From: an uncultured bacterium
GTDB taxonomy: Bacteria > Auribacterota > Erginobacteria > Erginobacterales > Erginobacteraceae
Direction of reading: 5' to 3'
Length of the DNA stretch: 64,000 nt
Assembly: GCA_964587835.1 (NCBI GenBank)
Contig: CAZPMN010000004.1
Span: 14,351 to 78,350 of the forward strand
The position numbers and the translations under genes were made by a program. Position 1 is the first letter of the stretch, and each line of letters begins with the position of its first letter. Shown in pieces: positions 63,618-64,000 of this stretch. Below the pieces are notes generated by a model. The model was not told where the DNA came from. It saw nothing but the letters and a program-made list of their open reading frames with translations, and ran no database searches.

Positions 63618-64000
63618 ATGTTTATCGACACTTCCTTATGCATAGATTTGTTGCGGGAACAGAAGAGGCATATTGAAGGCCCGGCGATACGAAAGTTGAA
63701 ATCTCTTCCCGGGGTTGAACTCTTCGCGCCGGTTTTTGTCCTCTGTGAACTTATGGCGGGGGCCTGCCTGTCTGTTGATCCTGCGGGGGAAAAAGAACGG
63801 GTCCAGGCACTCTCCGCGATGCTGACTGTTGTCTATCCGGACTATCCTTTCGCGGATAGTTACGGCGAGACGGAAGCGCAGTTAAGAAAGGCAGGGTTCC
63901 CAATTCCGACGATGGATCTTTTGATCGGGGTTTCCGCCAAAATGCATAACCTGCCCTTAATTACCAGGGACGCGGAACATTTTCAGAGGATTCCCGGTTT
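63618..64000 (+). CDS. vapC: PIN-domain toxin VapC, 3'-partial (runs off the window end)
   Basis: MFIDTSLCIDLL (conserved Asp4)...DLLIGVSAKMHNLPLITRD; no stop before nt 64000, so it is absent from the ORF track. Confidence 0.75.
   Translation, partial: MFIDTSLCIDLLREQKRHIEGPAIRKLKSLPGVELFAPVFVLCELMAGACLSVDPAGEKERVQALSAMLTVVYPDYPFADSYGETEAQLRKAGFPIPTMDLLIGVSAKMHNLPLITRDAEHFQRIPG

Overview
High-GC (about 62%) bacterial chromosomal window, probably from an uncultivated lineage, with very dense gene packing and many 4-nt start/stop overlaps (ATGA/GTGA). Left third (1-21.6 kb, mostly + strand): a BNR-repeat protein and an adjacent paralog sharing an unknown C-terminal domain, TPR proteins, ComEA, two giant secreted modular proteins sharing FG-GAP-like repeat modules (one fuses a papain-like C1 peptidase with an EEP nuclease/phosphatase domain), a GDPD phosphodiesterase, a tandem Cas4/RecB-like PD-(D/E)XK nuclease, TrkH/TrkA K+ uptake, a rhomboid protease, a DAG-kinase-like lipid kinase, and an ECF sigma / anti-sigma cassette. 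From 22 kb to 63.2 kb nearly everything is on the minus strand: sensor kinase, LepB, RuvX, ManC, a sugar ABC importer (SBP plus two permeases), a GT39/PMT-like GT-C with TPR, a partial his operon (hisD-C-B-A-I), then a ~25-kb glycan/lipid-linked glycosylation supercluster unusually rich in radical SAM enzymes (three B12-binding rSAM, one SPASM rSAM, one further rSAM), four class I methyltransferases, five GT2, GT-C membrane proteins, GmhA, a nucleotide-sugar dehydrogenase and a Wzx-like flippase. A vapBC toxin-antitoxin pair sits at the right edge. Two non-coding repeat families are notable: (i) an interspersed palindromic element with conserved termini GAGATTGCTTCG...CTCGCAATGAC (4 loci), and (ii) heptanucleotide tandem repeats (CAGTAAG-type, TTGGATA, GGGGAAT) filling short intergenic spacers and inserted in-frame inside a B12-rSAM gene. 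No rRNA, tRNA or CRISPR was recognised.
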